A stretch of 64,000 bases of DNA from assembly GCA_027485695.1 (NCBI GenBank), contig JAIXQO010000003.1:866932-930931 (forward strand), read 5' to 3'. Source of the DNA: Pseudomonadota bacterium (GTDB lineage Bacteria; Bdellovibrionota; UBA1018). Below are positions 35,018-46,034 of this stretch, one piece after another. The first letter of the stretch is position 1. Each line of letters begins with the position of its first letter. The position numbers were made by a program, and so were the translations under genes. Under the pieces are notes generated by a model that was not told the DNA's origin, made no database searches, and worked only from the letters and a program-made list of their open reading frames with translations.

Positions 35018-36538
35018 ATGTCTCAAAAATCCAATGTTCGCGTTCGTTTCGCTCCATCTCCGACCGGATTCCTCCACGTCGGGGGGGCACGCTCCCTTTT
35101 GTTCAACTACCTCTACGCCAAGAAAACGAATGGCACCCTCGTGCTTCGCATCGAAGACACGGACCAAGCTCGTTCGACTCGCGAGAGCGAACGCATGATT
35201 TTCGAAGACATTGCCGAGATCAACTTGCCGTCGGACGAGAGTCCGATCGTCGGTGGTCCGTTCCCTCCGTATCGCCAATCGGATCGCATGAGCATTTACG
35301 CGGATCACGCGAAACAGCTCCTCGACCGCAATATGGCTTATTATTGCTTCTGCCCGGAAGAGGAACTGGGTCGTAAACGCGAACTCGCACTCAAACTCGG
35401 CAAAGTGCCTCAGTACGACGGCACCTGCGCCGGGATCACGATTGAGGACGCACGCGCTCGCTTGAAAAAAGGCGAGAAGGCGGGCCTACGTTTCCGCGCT
35501 TTCAAAAAAGATTACATCTTAAAAGATATCGTCAAAGGCGACGTCTCGTTCCAAGAAAACGTCGTGGGAGATTTCTTCATCACGCGCACGCCTCGTGAAG
35601 ACGAAAAAGAAATCGCGGACGGCATCGGCATGCCAGTCTACAATTTCTGCTGCGTGATCGACGATCACTTGATGAACATCACGCATGTCATCCGCGGCGA
35701 CGACCACCTGTCGAATACCGCGCGCCAACTTCAAATTTACGATGCATTTGGCTGGGAACTCCCGACGTTCGCTCACATCGCGATGGTTTTGGGCTCTGAC
35801 CGCCAGAAGCTCTCCAAGCGGAATGGCGATTCGTCCGTGCACGAATACCTCGCGAATGGCTACCTCCCGCAGGCCTTGCTCAATTTCCTCGTGCTCCTCG
35901 GTTGGTCGACAGGTGCGGAGATCAAAACCGCGAGCGGTCACCCGGAACTCTTCACGATGGAAGAGATGATTTCTCTTTTCGATTTGAAAGGTCTTCAGAA
36001 ATCTCCAGCCGTTTTTGACGTGACGAAACTTCAGTGGATGAACTCGCAGTATATGCGTTCGCTCCCACTCGACGAAATCTACACACGTGGCCTGCGCTTC
36101 TTGGAAGCTGAATTCGGCGTCGATCACGTCGCCGCAAAATCTCAAGAGTGGCTGAAGCGCGTCGTGGACTTGGTCCGTGGAGAATCCACGTTGCTCTCCG
36201 ATCTTCCGAAGAACATCCGTCCTTATTTCACGGGCGATGCAGGCACCGAGGCCGAAGCGGCAGAGCTCCTCAAGAAGCCTGAGTCTGCAGCGGTTATTGG
36301 CGCGGTCGAAGCTTCGCTTGCCGAGCTCGCCGAGCCGATTACTTCGGAATCGATCGACGCATTCCAGAAAAAAGTCGGCGAGAAATCCGGCGCCAAGGGC
36401 AAGGGTCTCTTCATGCCGATGCGTGCGATTTTGACGGGTAAAACCCACGGACCAGAACTGAAGAAGTCATTGCCGCTTTTCACGAAGCAGCAGCTGATGG
36501 CTCAAGTTCAAACCCGAAAGGCGCAATCGCTGACATGA
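35018..36538 (+). CDS. gltX: glutamyl-tRNA synthetase
   Basis: HIGH region 'PSPTGFLHVGGAR'. KMSKS equivalent 'KLSKRNGD'. Length 506 aa. Confidence 0.92.
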   Translation: MSQKSNVRVRFAPSPTGFLHVGGARSLLFNYLYAKKTNGTLVLRIEDTDQARSTRESERMIFEDIAEINLPSDESPIVGGPFPPYRQSDRMSIYADHAKQLLDRNMAYYCFCPEEELGRKRELALKLGKVPQYDGTCAGITIEDARARLKKGEKAGLRFRAFKKDYILKDIVKGDVSFQENVVGDFFITRTPREDEKEIADGIGMPVYNFCCVIDDHLMNITHVIRGDDHLSNTARQLQIYDAFGWELPTFAHIAMVLGSDRQKLSKRNGDSSVHEYLANGYLPQALLNFLVLLGWSTGAEIKTASGHPELFTMEEMISLFDLKGLQKSPAVFDVTKLQWMNSQYMRSLPLDEIYTRGLRFLEAEFGVDHVAAKSQEWLKRVVDLVRGESTLLSDLPKNIRPYFTGDAGTEAEAAELLKKPESAAVIGAVEASLAELAEPITSESIDAFQKKVGEKSGAKGKGLFMPMRAILTGKTHGPELKKSLPLFTKQQLMAQVQTRKAQSLT

Positions 36539-38058
36539 GTGTCAAGACGCCGCGCCCGTTCCATGTCGTGAATTCCAAAGGCCACGTTCGCGAGGCTTTT
36601 CAGCCGATTACGCCGGGTAAAGTCACGCTCTATTCGTGCGGGCCAACGGTTTATGGATTGATTCACATCGGGAACTTGCGAGCGGCGATCACTGCGGATC
36701 TTTTTTACCGAACGTTGAAGAAGTTCGGTTACGAAGTGAATTTCATCCGCAACTACACGGACGTCGACGATAAGATCATCCAAAAAGCGGCGTCCGAAAA
36801 CTCCACCTCTGATTTGATCGCCAAGAAATATATTTCCGAAGTCGAACGTGATTATCTGGCGGCAGGATTGGCAGAACCCACTCGTAAGACGCTCGTCACC
36901 GATCATATGCCCGAGATTATTTCGATGATCGAGTCGATCATTAAAAACAATCACGGCTACGTAGCGGATGACGGTGAGGTGTTGTTCTCGGTGGAGAGCT
37001 ACGAACGCTACGGATCACTCTCGGGCAAAAAAAAGGAAGACCTCCTCGAAGGCATGGGTCACCGAGTCGCTGTGACAGACAAGAAAAAGTCCGGCCTCGA
37101 TTTCACTCTCTGGAAACCCGCAAAACCGGGCGAGCCCTCGTGGGATAGCCCTTGGGGCAAAGGTCGCCCGGGGTGGCACATCGAGTGCTCGGCGATGTCT
37201 TCCAAGTGGTTTGGTCCCAGCATGGATATCCATCATGGCGGTACGGACCTGATTTTCCCGCACCATGAAAACGAGATCGCGCAATCCGAGTGCGCTACTC
37301 ATGAGCACCCGTACGTTCGTTACTGGCTCCACTCGGCGATGCTCAACATCCAGTCCGAAAAGATGAGTAAGAGTTTGGGCAATGTCGTGACGGCTCGCGA
37401 TTTTTTGACCGAGTTCGGCGGGGAGATCACCCGCTATTTCTTGCTGTCCGTTCACTACCGATCGGTCGCTGATTTCAGCGAAGAGGCACTCGGTACGACT
37501 TACTCAAGCCTAGCACGCATCTACGAAGCCAAAGAAAAAGCTCAGGAGCTCCTCAAGCTCAAAGCTGCACTCCCAGACCCGCGCGCTGAGGCGGCGTGGG
37601 GCAGTTTCTTAAGCTCGGTCGAAAAAGCGAAAACGGATTTCCTCGATCAGATGGCGAATGATTTCAATACACCGGGCGCTCTCGCAGTGATTTTCACGCT
37701 GATCCGCGATTGGAATCGAACGATTGCCGAACCTCGCGCAACGGGAACGCCTGCGGCGGTACTCGCGGCTCAAGAATTCATCTCGTTCTTGGAGAGCGAT
37801 GTATTTGATGTCCTCGGTATTGGACGCGCAAATCCGCGTTCGGTTCTCGACCGGATTCGCGACGTAAAACTCAAGCGCTCCGGTGGCTCTGTAACTGATC
37901 GTCCGGATGAGGCTTGGATTCTGTCGCAGATCGAAGCCCGCAAGGCCGCTCGCGCGGCCAAGGATTTCGCGGCTGCCGATGATATCCGAAAAGCCATGCT
38001 CGCCAAGGGCGTTGCGATCAAGGATTCGCCGCAAGGGACGACTTGGGAATACGTTTGA
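36535..38058 (+). CDS. cysS: cysteinyl-tRNA synthetase
   Basis: 'YSCGPTVYGLIHIGNLR' (HIGH), 'KMSKSLGN', and Zn-ligand Cys/His 'HIECSAM...HHEN'. ATGA overlap with gltX. Confidence 0.92.
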   Translation: MSVKTPRPFHVVNSKGHVREAFQPITPGKVTLYSCGPTVYGLIHIGNLRAAITADLFYRTLKKFGYEVNFIRNYTDVDDKIIQKAASENSTSDLIAKKYISEVERDYLAAGLAEPTRKTLVTDHMPEIISMIESIIKNNHGYVADDGEVLFSVESYERYGSLSGKKKEDLLEGMGHRVAVTDKKKSGLDFTLWKPAKPGEPSWDSPWGKGRPGWHIECSAMSSKWFGPSMDIHHGGTDLIFPHHENEIAQSECATHEHPYVRYWLHSAMLNIQSEKMSKSLGNVVTARDFLTEFGGEITRYFLLSVHYRSVADFSEEALGTTYSSLARIYEAKEKAQELLKLKAALPDPRAEAAWGSFLSSVEKAKTDFLDQMANDFNTPGALAVIFTLIRDWNRTIAEPRATGTPAAVLAAQEFISFLESDVFDVLGIGRANPRSVLDRIRDVKLKRSGGSVTDRPDEAWILSQIEARKAARAAKDFAAADDIRKAMLAKGVAIKDSPQGTTWEYV

Positions 38059-38131
38059 AGCCGAAGCGCAGCAGTGTTGAGCCAATCCTCTGACGATTGC
38101 GAACTGCACTCGAAATCTTTAGTCTAGTGAG

Positions 38132-39424
38132 ATGAGCGTTTGGTGTCGCGGGTCCGCTTGGTTCTTGCTTTTTTGTGGTGTAGCGATTTCACCAGGCATC
38201 GTTCAAGCAACCATCACTCCCAGTATCGCTCGTCAGATCTGCGAAGTTTACGTGAAGTCTCCGGTATCGGCAGCCATTACGGAGTTCGGTCACCCGAATC
38301 CTTATGAGTCTCTGCTCTCCAAGCAATTTACTCAGAACCTTGACCGCATGGCCGTTCCGACCTTCATTATGAACGAGGTAGACGTTCCGACGATCAGGAC
38401 GCATGTTTTTGATTTTCAGATCGCGTTTATGCAGCACTATTTTAATCAAACGCCTGAACTCAAGTCGCTCTTCGAGATTCTCTACAGGAAGAACGCCTCG
38501 AGAAAAGACGTAGATCGATGGGTGACTGAGAATATTCCGGGCTATCAGTTGATCTGGCCGGACGAACTTCAATTGTTGGAAAAATCTACCCGCCAGGAAA
38601 TTCGTGAACTCTATCGACGGGTTCAAGATATTACCAAGAAATCGACGTTGGTCGGACCATCTGGATTTGTCGATTATTTGTTGTATTTTCGTCTGATCAA
38701 CTCAAAATACATCCCGATCGGGAATGATCACGATCTGTCAGTTCACTTAGCGCAATTTGCTAGTTCTAGGCAGCGAGTAATCGCCGACCAACTCAGTGCA
38801 AAAATTGTGGACGAATTTGAAAGTAACGCCGACCAACTGAAGCGTTACAGTTGGTCTCCCGAATTCCCACAGCGAATTGACGACCTACTCTCCGTTTGGG
38901 AAGCCATGCAGGAGAATCGCATCATCGCGATCCCCGATACGGATCATTTCGCGCTGATGGGAGGAGTTTTCACGGCTTTTTCTCCGAGTCATCTGCGGGG
39001 AAAATCGACGGAAAGTCAGTTTTCGGCCTATCGTTTCTTAGCCGATCGTCGACCGAAAATTGCGCTTAATCCACAAGGCGCGGATTGGGAAAAAATACGT
39101 CTGGCTTTTGTGCGGGCCGGATTTCCAAATTTCGACCTCTCTGATCTTCACTTAGTGATGTCGGAAATGAATAACGCCTACATGAAACGCGCGAGCGAGC
39201 TTCATAACCTGATGCAGTATCGTGGGAACGCCAATATCGGTACGAAACTCGATGATTGGATGGGGGGGCTACGCCAAATGAAAACCCAAAAACGCGTGTC
39301 AGAAAGGGCCTATCCCGATGAATCCTATTTACATCGACTCAGGATTGGTGACGCCGCTGCTCAAATCTTTCTCCTAGAAGAGTACCAATATGCACTCCTG
39401 GGGATGATGGCGAGAGATCTGTAG
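38132..39424 (+). CDS. secreted hypothetical protein (430 aa)
   Basis: Signal peptide 'MSVWCRGSAWFLLFCGVAISPGIVQA'. No recognisable motif. Confidence 0.55.
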   Translation: MSVWCRGSAWFLLFCGVAISPGIVQATITPSIARQICEVYVKSPVSAAITEFGHPNPYESLLSKQFTQNLDRMAVPTFIMNEVDVPTIRTHVFDFQIAFMQHYFNQTPELKSLFEILYRKNASRKDVDRWVTENIPGYQLIWPDELQLLEKSTRQEIRELYRRVQDITKKSTLVGPSGFVDYLLYFRLINSKYIPIGNDHDLSVHLAQFASSRQRVIADQLSAKIVDEFESNADQLKRYSWSPEFPQRIDDLLSVWEAMQENRIIAIPDTDHFALMGGVFTAFSPSHLRGKSTESQFSAYRFLADRRPKIALNPQGADWEKIRLAFVRAGFPNFDLSDLHLVMSEMNNAYMKRASELHNLMQYRGNANIGTKLDDWMGGLRQMKTQKRVSERAYPDESYLHRLRIGDAAAQIFLLEEYQYALLGMMARDL

Positions 39425-39990
39425 TAACCGTTGCTTGTTCGTGTCGACCCATTCTGAAAATATCTACTCAGTAGACGAAGTCTAGAGCGTTGCGTTCAAC
39501 GACTTGGTCCCGGATCGAACTGTTCACTTGAACTGTACTATTTCCACGCCTCCGTGGGAGGCGGGTAGGGAAACCAAACGACCGAATCTTCGCGCAGAAA
39601 ATTTCCCCTTCGCGGGATTCGGAAGTCGTCGATATCCGTATCAAAAAAACTCGACGCGTGTCTCGATAGAGTTTAAAAGGACGCACGTTCGCATCACCTC
39701 GCCGCTTGCGAATCAGGATCTCCAACGCGTATTCGGGGAATGGGTTGAGAAGCTGATTAACCGTAGATTCCGAATAACCAACTGATCGAAGTTCGGCGCC
39801 GGCGCGAGTAGGGATAGAAGAATGGCCAATCGGAAAATGCGCATCATTCAATATGGTTGAAGAGTGCAGCGCGTGAGTCAAGCTGTGAGTGTTGTGTCGA
39901 TTTATTGACGGAATGGCGACTGCTTTATCAGCCCACGTCCCTGGATTCCCCCACTGATCTTGCATATAGTCGAAGCACGGAGTTGCGTTC

Positions 39991-42117
39991 ATGGCCATTT
40001 TCACCGATCGAAAATTCGAACTCGCGACTCCGTTTGAGCCCCGGGGTGATCAACCTCAGGCGATCGAAAAATTGGTCGAGAACTTGGATGCAGGTAAAAA
40101 ATCCTCGGTCCTTCTCGGAGTCACCGGTTCGGGCAAGACCTATACGATGGCGAATGTCATCGCTCGTACGAATCGTCCGACGTTGATCCTCTCGCATAAC
40201 AAGACCTTGGCCGCGCAGTTGTTTTCCGAGATGCGTGAGTTTTTCCCGAATAACGCCGTCGAATATTTCGTCTCTTACTACGATTACTATCAGCCTGAGG
40301 CCTACATTCCAGGCACCGACACCTACATCGAAAAAGACTCCCAGATCAACGATGAGATTGATAAGCTCCGCCACTCGGCGACCCGAAGCTTGCTCGAGCG
40401 TAACGACGTCATCATCGTCACGTCCATTTCCTGCATCTACGGTCTCGGGAGTCCCGAGGCCTACGAAGGCATGCTCCTGTATCTTGAAGCTGGCAAAGAT
40501 GCGAATCGCCAAGATGTGCTTCGTAAGCTCGTTGAAATCCAATACGAGCGAAACGATGTGGATTTTCACCGCGGAACATTCCGGGTACGGGGCGACGTAG
40601 TTGAGATTTTCCCGGCCTACGAAGAAGAGCGTGCCATTCGCGTGGAGTTCTTCGGCGACGAAGTGGAGGCAATCTCCGAGTTCGACCCGCTTCGGGGCGT
40701 CCGGATCGCTAAGATCCCAAGAGTGACGATCTATCCGGCGAGCCATTACGTGACGTCGATCGAAAGTCGTCGAAGCGCGATGCATACGATCCGCGAAGAG
40801 CTCGGGCATCGCCTCAATGAACTGAAGAGTCAAAACAAGCTCGTCGAAGCTCAACGACTCGAGCAGCGTACGATGTTTGATCTCGAGATGATGGAGCAGA
40901 TCGGATTCTGCCAAGGCATCGAGAACTACTCGCGCCACCTGACGGGCCGTGGACCGGGCGAACCTCCTCCGACACTGATGGACTATTTCCCGAAAAATTG
41001 GCTCTTGATCGTTGATGAGAGTCACGTGTCAGTGCCACAGATCGGCGGCATGTACCGAGGCGACCGCGCGCGCAAGATGAACCTCGTCGAACACGGATTT
41101 CGATTGCCGTCTGCGCTCGATAACCGCCCGCTCAATTTTCAAGAGTGGGAGAAGCTGATCAATCAAACGGTCTACGTCTCAGCAACTCCAGGTGAGTATG
41201 AGCTGGAGAAAGCTCAAGGCGAGGTGATTGAGCAAGTGATCCGCCCGACGGGGCTCGTGGATCCGCTTGTCGAAGTTCGCCGGGCCAATACGCAAGTGGA
41301 TGATCTTTTGACGGAGATCAGAAAACGAGTCGAGCGCCAGGAACGCGTCCTCGTCACGACGCTGACCAAGAAATTCTCCGAGGACCTCACTCGGTACTAC
41401 ACGGAGCAGAAGGTGCGGGTGAAATACTTGCACTCCGACATCGATACGCTCGAGCGGATCGATATTCTGCGTGATCTGAGGCTTGGGCATTTCGATGTGC
41501 TGATCGGTATCAATCTCCTGAGAGAAGGTCTCGACTTACCAGAGGTCAGCCTGGTTGCGATTCTGGACGCCGACAAAGAAGGGTTTCTGCGTTCGGAGCG
41601 CTCTCTCATTCAGACGATCGGTCGCGCAGCTCGTAACTCAAACGGGTTCGTGATTCTCTACGCAGAGAGGATCACCGATAGCATGCGAGTGGCGATCGAC
41701 GAGACGGCTCGGCGACGCGAGATCCAGACCAGGTACAACGAAGAGCACGGCATTACCCCAACGACGGTATCGAAAGCGATCCGAGAAAACGTCGCCCCCA
41801 ATATGGGCGAAGCAGCCGCATCTGGACGCGCGGATATCGCCAAAAAAGCGCTCGGAACCGGCCGCAAGGGCGAGAAGATCCAGTCGAGCCTCTGGGCCGC
41901 AGAGAACGACTGGATGGATACGCTCTCGCTCGAGGAGCAGGCCAAAGAAGCAGGCGGCGAGTTCTTAAGCACCATCGATCAGCTCAGGTCCGCCATCAAT
42001 AAGATGGAAAAGCAGATGAAAGAAGAAGCCAAGCAACTCAACTTCGAGAAGGCTGGCGAGCTTCGCGATCGGCTTAAGCGCTTGCGTGATATTTCGGTGA
42101 AATTGGGGAGTCCTTGA
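39991..42117 (+). CDS. uvrB: excinuclease ABC subunit B
   Basis: '[12 protein letters not shown]', Walker A '[15 protein letters not shown]', the beta-hairpin region '[10 protein letters not shown]', and a C-terminal UVR domain '[16 protein letters not shown]'. Confidence 0.95.
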   Translation: MAIFTDRKFELATPFEPRGDQPQAIEKLVENLDAGKKSSVLLGVTGSGKTYTMANVIARTNRPTLILSHNKTLAAQLFSEMREFFPNNAVEYFVSYYDYYQPEAYIPGTDTYIEKDSQINDEIDKLRHSATRSLLERNDVIIVTSISCIYGLGSPEAYEGMLLYLEAGKDANRQDVLRKLVEIQYERNDVDFHRGTFRVRGDVVEIFPAYEEERAIRVEFFGDEVEAISEFDPLRGVRIAKIPRVTIYPASHYVTSIESRRSAMHTIREELGHRLNELKSQNKLVEAQRLEQRTMFDLEMMEQIGFCQGIENYSRHLTGRGPGEPPPTLMDYFPKNWLLIVDESHVSVPQIGGMYRGDRARKMNLVEHGFRLPSALDNRPLNFQEWEKLINQTVYVSATPGEYELEKAQGEVIEQVIRPTGLVDPLVEVRRANTQVDDLLTEIRKRVERQERVLVTTLTKKFSEDLTRYYTEQKVRVKYLHSDIDTLERIDILRDLRLGHFDVLIGINLLREGLDLPEVSLVAILDADKEGFLRSERSLIQTIGRAARNSNGFVILYAERITDSMRVAIDETARRREIQTRYNEEHGITPTTVSKAIRENVAPNMGEAAASGRADIAKKALGTGRKGEKIQSSLWAAENDWMDTLSLEEQAKEAGGEFLSTIDQLRSAINKMEKQMKEEAKQLNFEKAGELRDRLKRLRDISVKLGSP

Positions 42118-42268
42118 TTCGGTTTGTTTGCGGCGTTGAAATGGGCGTGTGTCGGTACGTTGACGCCTGTTTCGGGATGAGTATTTTTGGGAAGAACCAA
42201 TAACAGCTCATGATGTTGTTATTCTGCGAGAGTTGATAGAAAGTACGAATTCTGCTGAAATGTTGTAG

Positions 42269-44104
42269 GTGATTCGAAAGTATTGGACGCAAGGAAAATG
42301 CCTAGTCAGCTGGTCGTTGATCGCCTCAGGTGTAAATTCGGCGTTCGGCTACGATCTTGAATCGACCATCGAGCAATTCGAAAAATCAGCATTTTCAAGC
42401 GTATCGACGTGCGAGGAGTCGCTGTCGGCTGACAGCGTTCTATCCGAACGAAGACGTGAATTGAAATCGAAATCTCGATATGGAATCGAACAGGTTCTCG
42501 AAGCGGCGGGGCTCACTCCAGAGAAAAGAAGGCTCTATCAAGCGCGTCGTGTGGTGGGGGATTATTACGACGAAGTGCCATTGAAAACGCCAGACTTGTT
42601 CCTGAAAAGGCTCCGTTCAATTCTGACGGAAAGAGAATACTTAGATGTATCTGGGCAAATAAAGGCGTGGAATAGAAACGAGTTATCGGCATTTAATGAA
42701 CGTTTAGAAGCCCTTTTTTTTGATTTGTTTTCTGACCTCAGTAGCCGGCGATCCGAGTTGAGTCTCATTGAAATGCGCAAAGAGCTGCTGGACCTTTGTC
42801 GACTGTACTCGAATATCTTTGATCGGAGTAGTTCGGTCTACGAGCGCGCAATCTGGATCTCTCAATGGGCAAGTAAACAAGAGGATCGGGCACGTTTTGC
42901 GTATGAAACGATGCTGAGTTTTACTCGGGATCGGGAGCCAAAGCTGGTCCTGGGTTTCATGCAGGCGAACCCATTTTTTAAAGATGCAGTTCGTTTGAGG
43001 CACGATCCGACTCTCATAGTGACGACTGCTTTTGAAAAAGAGACACCTAACGCAGCAGTTGTGAGCTTTTACAGAAATATGCGCTATTCCGATGAAGCTT
43101 GGTTGGCCATGAGCGTAGACGCACGAAAAGTCATTCTGGATAAAATGAGTGATCACTTTGTATCTACGGTCTACGATACTGAGAAATTGCGGTCCACTCC
43201 AGATTACTTTGCGAATAAGCTTAAAACAGAGGGTATGGTAAGTGGACGAGTTATTTTTGAGTTCACACAAGATGGATACGCAATTTCTCCAACTGCGACG
43301 ATTCGTCGTATTGAAGAAGTCGCAAAGATTACCAACGAGACTCACTCCTTTCATGGCCATATCGTCGGAGAAGTTCCCAGCTCGGATCCACAAGAGTTCT
43401 TGAAATTCGATGCGTGGTTTAAAGATGCTAACTGGCAGCTCATGTTTCAAGGATTTGAAGAAGGGCTTTTTCCAAATAAATACACTCAAATTAAAAAAAC
43501 AAGTTATTGGGAAACATTTGGTGACGCTGCCGAGAACAAGTTTCTTACGTTGGGCTATAGGACTGGTATCTATGGAAACGCTCGAACACCCGGCTATATT
43601 AAGGTCGGCTTGGAACTTCGAGATCCTACCCGAAAAATCGCTCGATGGGATGGGTTGATCCAACGGATAGCGGAAGTGATTGCTCAGCGGAAGTGGAATG
43701 TCCTGGCTGATAACTTATCGACCGGCATCAAGAGTCTCAAGATCGATGAGATCGAGTCTATACTTTGGAGCGCGGGCATCGAACAGGAGTATATGATCAA
43801 GATGCTGGTGAGCGAGGAATCAAATTCCCGTTCGATCGGCGTACCTTTGTCTAACTTTCGAGAGTTGATGATCACTAACTGGAAGAATGGAAAATCGCGG
43901 CCTATTCCCGGCGCTGTCATGGATCGTTTGGATCGGGCCAGAAAAATATATTTAGATGGCCTTGTTCATCTCAGTCGAGAAATAGCGATATTGGATCGAC
44001 GTGGTGAATCTTATTCGAGCGAAGATATTCGGAGTGCGATTCTTCACTGGGTTACCGAATGGGCTCAGCAAGCGAGGCCAGCTGAAATTTTTTCGGCGCT
44101 ATGA
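42269..44104 (+). CDS. exported hypothetical protein, paralog A of a tandem pair (611 aa)
   Basis: Shares long collinear blocks with the next gene: 'REPKLVLGF..PFF..AVR...DPTLIVTT.FEKET', 'HSFHGHIVGEVP', 'GLELRD.TRK'. Confidence 0.65.
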   Translation: MIRKYWTQGKCLVSWSLIASGVNSAFGYDLESTIEQFEKSAFSSVSTCEESLSADSVLSERRRELKSKSRYGIEQVLEAAGLTPEKRRLYQARRVVGDYYDEVPLKTPDLFLKRLRSILTEREYLDVSGQIKAWNRNELSAFNERLEALFFDLFSDLSSRRSELSLIEMRKELLDLCRLYSNIFDRSSSVYERAIWISQWASKQEDRARFAYETMLSFTRDREPKLVLGFMQANPFFKDAVRLRHDPTLIVTTAFEKETPNAAVVSFYRNMRYSDEAWLAMSVDARKVILDKMSDHFVSTVYDTEKLRSTPDYFANKLKTEGMVSGRVIFEFTQDGYAISPTATIRRIEEVAKITNETHSFHGHIVGEVPSSDPQEFLKFDAWFKDANWQLMFQGFEEGLFPNKYTQIKKTSYWETFGDAAENKFLTLGYRTGIYGNARTPGYIKVGLELRDPTRKIARWDGLIQRIAEVIAQRKWNVLADNLSTGIKSLKIDEIESILWSAGIEQEYMIKMLVSEESNSRSIGVPLSNFRELMITNWKNGKSRPIPGAVMDRLDRARKIYLDGLVHLSREIAILDRRGESYSSEDIRSAILHWVTEWAQQARPAEIFSAL

Positions 44105-44159
44105 GTGATCTTGATGGGCGCCATTTCAATGGCGCTCGATCTTATTAGGACGCTGAAAC

Positions 44160-46028
44160 TTGAAACATTATCTCCAACCGTGCTTTCATTTGATGATGGC
44201 GCGACAGCGCAAATTACTCTTGGCATTATGGCTATCATTAAACTTGCTGCTATGTTCGTCCAAGATTTCTGTCGCCTACGACTGGGAAAGCGGCACGTTA
44301 GATGAGTTGGATCGTTCGGCGCTTTCTCCACTCTCCGGATGCGAGGAGGCGATCCTTAGTTCTGAAACAGTCCTGAGGGTTCGCCAGGCGGCGCGGTTAG
44401 AGGCTCGCCGTGACCTCGAAAAAGTATTGGAATCAGCGGGGCTCCCTCCCGAAATCAGAAATCAATATCGAGCAGCTCGAGTAAACGCTCGATCAGAGAG
44501 CCTATTTGGCGCGGTTTTTTCTTGGGCGAGCTTCAATCGGGAGATTCAGGCGGTCCTGACGGATCGCGAGTTTGCACTCGTTTCAGGTGTCGCGAAGACC
44601 TGGAGCAATGATTTGATGAAAGAGCTCGGCCAACGGCTGATGTACGATTTTTTGGCGGATATTCAGTCTCTCAAACGCCAAAGTGAGTTTTGGAGCGTTC
44701 AAAGACAAGAGCTTGGACTCCGACAACTCATGCGGACTTATTCGTTAGTCATTGAAAAAAATACCTCGGTTTATGCTCGCGCCGCGGAGCTTGCCGCGCA
44801 AGCGACGACTGATGTGCAGGCAAGACGGGTATACGAACTTCTCCTTCGTTACTCAAGGGATCGCGAACCTAAACTCGTGCTCGGGTTTTTGGACGCAAGC
44901 CCGTTTTTTCGGGAGGCGGTTCGGTTCGAGGATGACCCGACTCTCATCGTGACCACGTCGTTTGAAAAAGAAACCTTCCAAGCAAAAATCCTCAAGTACT
45001 ATAAGCACTCAAAATTCACCAACCAACAGTGGCGTTTCATGAGTGATGAGCAACGGGTAAGCGAGATCTCCGAGTTTCGAGAGCTCATCGGTTACTTGCA
45101 CGGAACCAATAAAACACCCACTGCTCCGTCATATTTCGCCGAGAACCTCAAAAGCGAAAGCATCAAGAACGGTCGACACCTTTACGAGGTCGTGCAAGAT
45201 CGCTACGCACTTACGCCGCAGGAAACCATTCGTCGTGTGCGCGAAGTCGCGGCGATCACCGGTGAAATGCATTCATTTCACGTGCATGTAGTCGGCGAAG
45301 TTCCCAAGGTATCGGAACCGGAGTTCTCACGGTTCGCGATCTGGCACTGGGAAGCCAATATTCAGAGTATGTTGCAGGGAATGGAAGAAGGACTCTTTGG
45401 TACGACGTTGACGGGCTACCCGGTGCGGCCAATTGAGGGTGGTACATTTGCTCGGTCGGATATGAATAAGCTTCTCACCGTTGGTTATCGGCGAGATATC
45501 TACGGCTATTCGCTCCGTCGTGGATTCATGAAGATTGGTCTCGAGCTTCGCGATGTCACTCGCAAATTGGAAGTTCTTTCGGATTTGATACTGAGATTTT
45601 CACGAGCGATGGCAGGCCGAATTTGGAAAAATACCGGTGTAATCTCTTACTCTTCGCTCGCCCTGCCCGATTCCAATCTGAAATTCATTTTGAGGGGGCG
45701 TGGAATCTCTGAGGAGGCGATCGATCAGTTGAGATTCACGCCGAATTATCCGGCCGTGCTGCAGCTTCCACTTCTCAACTTTCATCAAATGAGAGTGGTG
45801 GATTGGAAAACGGGTCAAATGCGCTCGATCGACGAATCCGTTTTAGCGCGTTTAGACGAAGGTCGTGAATACTACTTGAGTGGTCTAGTCGCCCTAGGTA
45901 AAGAAATCGACCAATATCGAGAAAGTGGAACTCCCGTCTCAAATGTGGAGCTCTCCAGTGCAATCAAAATGTGGCTCCAGGAATGGGCGGTGCGATACCG
46001 TCCTAGAGAAATCTATTCTGCTTATTGA
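44160..46028 (+). CDS. exported hypothetical protein, paralog B of a tandem pair (622 aa)
   Basis: Signal-like 'RKLLLALWLSLNLLLCSS'. The start may be the internal 'MMARQRK' near 44193. Paralogous to 42269-44104. Confidence 0.65.
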   Translation: MKHYLQPCFHLMMARQRKLLLALWLSLNLLLCSSKISVAYDWESGTLDELDRSALSPLSGCEEAILSSETVLRVRQAARLEARRDLEKVLESAGLPPEIRNQYRAARVNARSESLFGAVFSWASFNREIQAVLTDREFALVSGVAKTWSNDLMKELGQRLMYDFLADIQSLKRQSEFWSVQRQELGLRQLMRTYSLVIEKNTSVYARAAELAAQATTDVQARRVYELLLRYSRDREPKLVLGFLDASPFFREAVRFEDDPTLIVTTSFEKETFQAKILKYYKHSKFTNQQWRFMSDEQRVSEISEFRELIGYLHGTNKTPTAPSYFAENLKSESIKNGRHLYEVVQDRYALTPQETIRRVREVAAITGEMHSFHVHVVGEVPKVSEPEFSRFAIWHWEANIQSMLQGMEEGLFGTTLTGYPVRPIEGGTFARSDMNKLLTVGYRRDIYGYSLRRGFMKIGLELRDVTRKLEVLSDLILRFSRAMAGRIWKNTGVISYSSLALPDSNLKFILRGRGISEEAIDQLRFTPNYPAVLQLPLLNFHQMRVVDWKTGQMRSIDESVLARLDEGREYYLSGLVALGKEIDQYRESGTPVSNVELSSAIKMWLQEWAVRYRPREIYSAY

Positions 46029-46034
46029 AGAAGC

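Noticed and set aside
39468-40004. 178-aa ORF on the minus strand, in the gap upstream of uvrB
   Set aside because: Its S/R/T-rich composition is atypical of the neighbouring genes. Its start would overlap the uvrB start divergently by 14 nt, which leaves no promoter space. I see no recognisable domain. A competing + strand ORF (39504-39785) is equally weak. I treat the region as non-coding or regulatory pending homology evidence.
39991-40030. SOS/LexA box upstream of uvrB or uvrC
   Set aside because: I searched 39425-39990 and 55048-55077 for CTGT-N8-ACAG and TTAC-N3-GTAA style dyads and found none convincing. Absence is not proof, since lineage-specific boxes are unknown to me.
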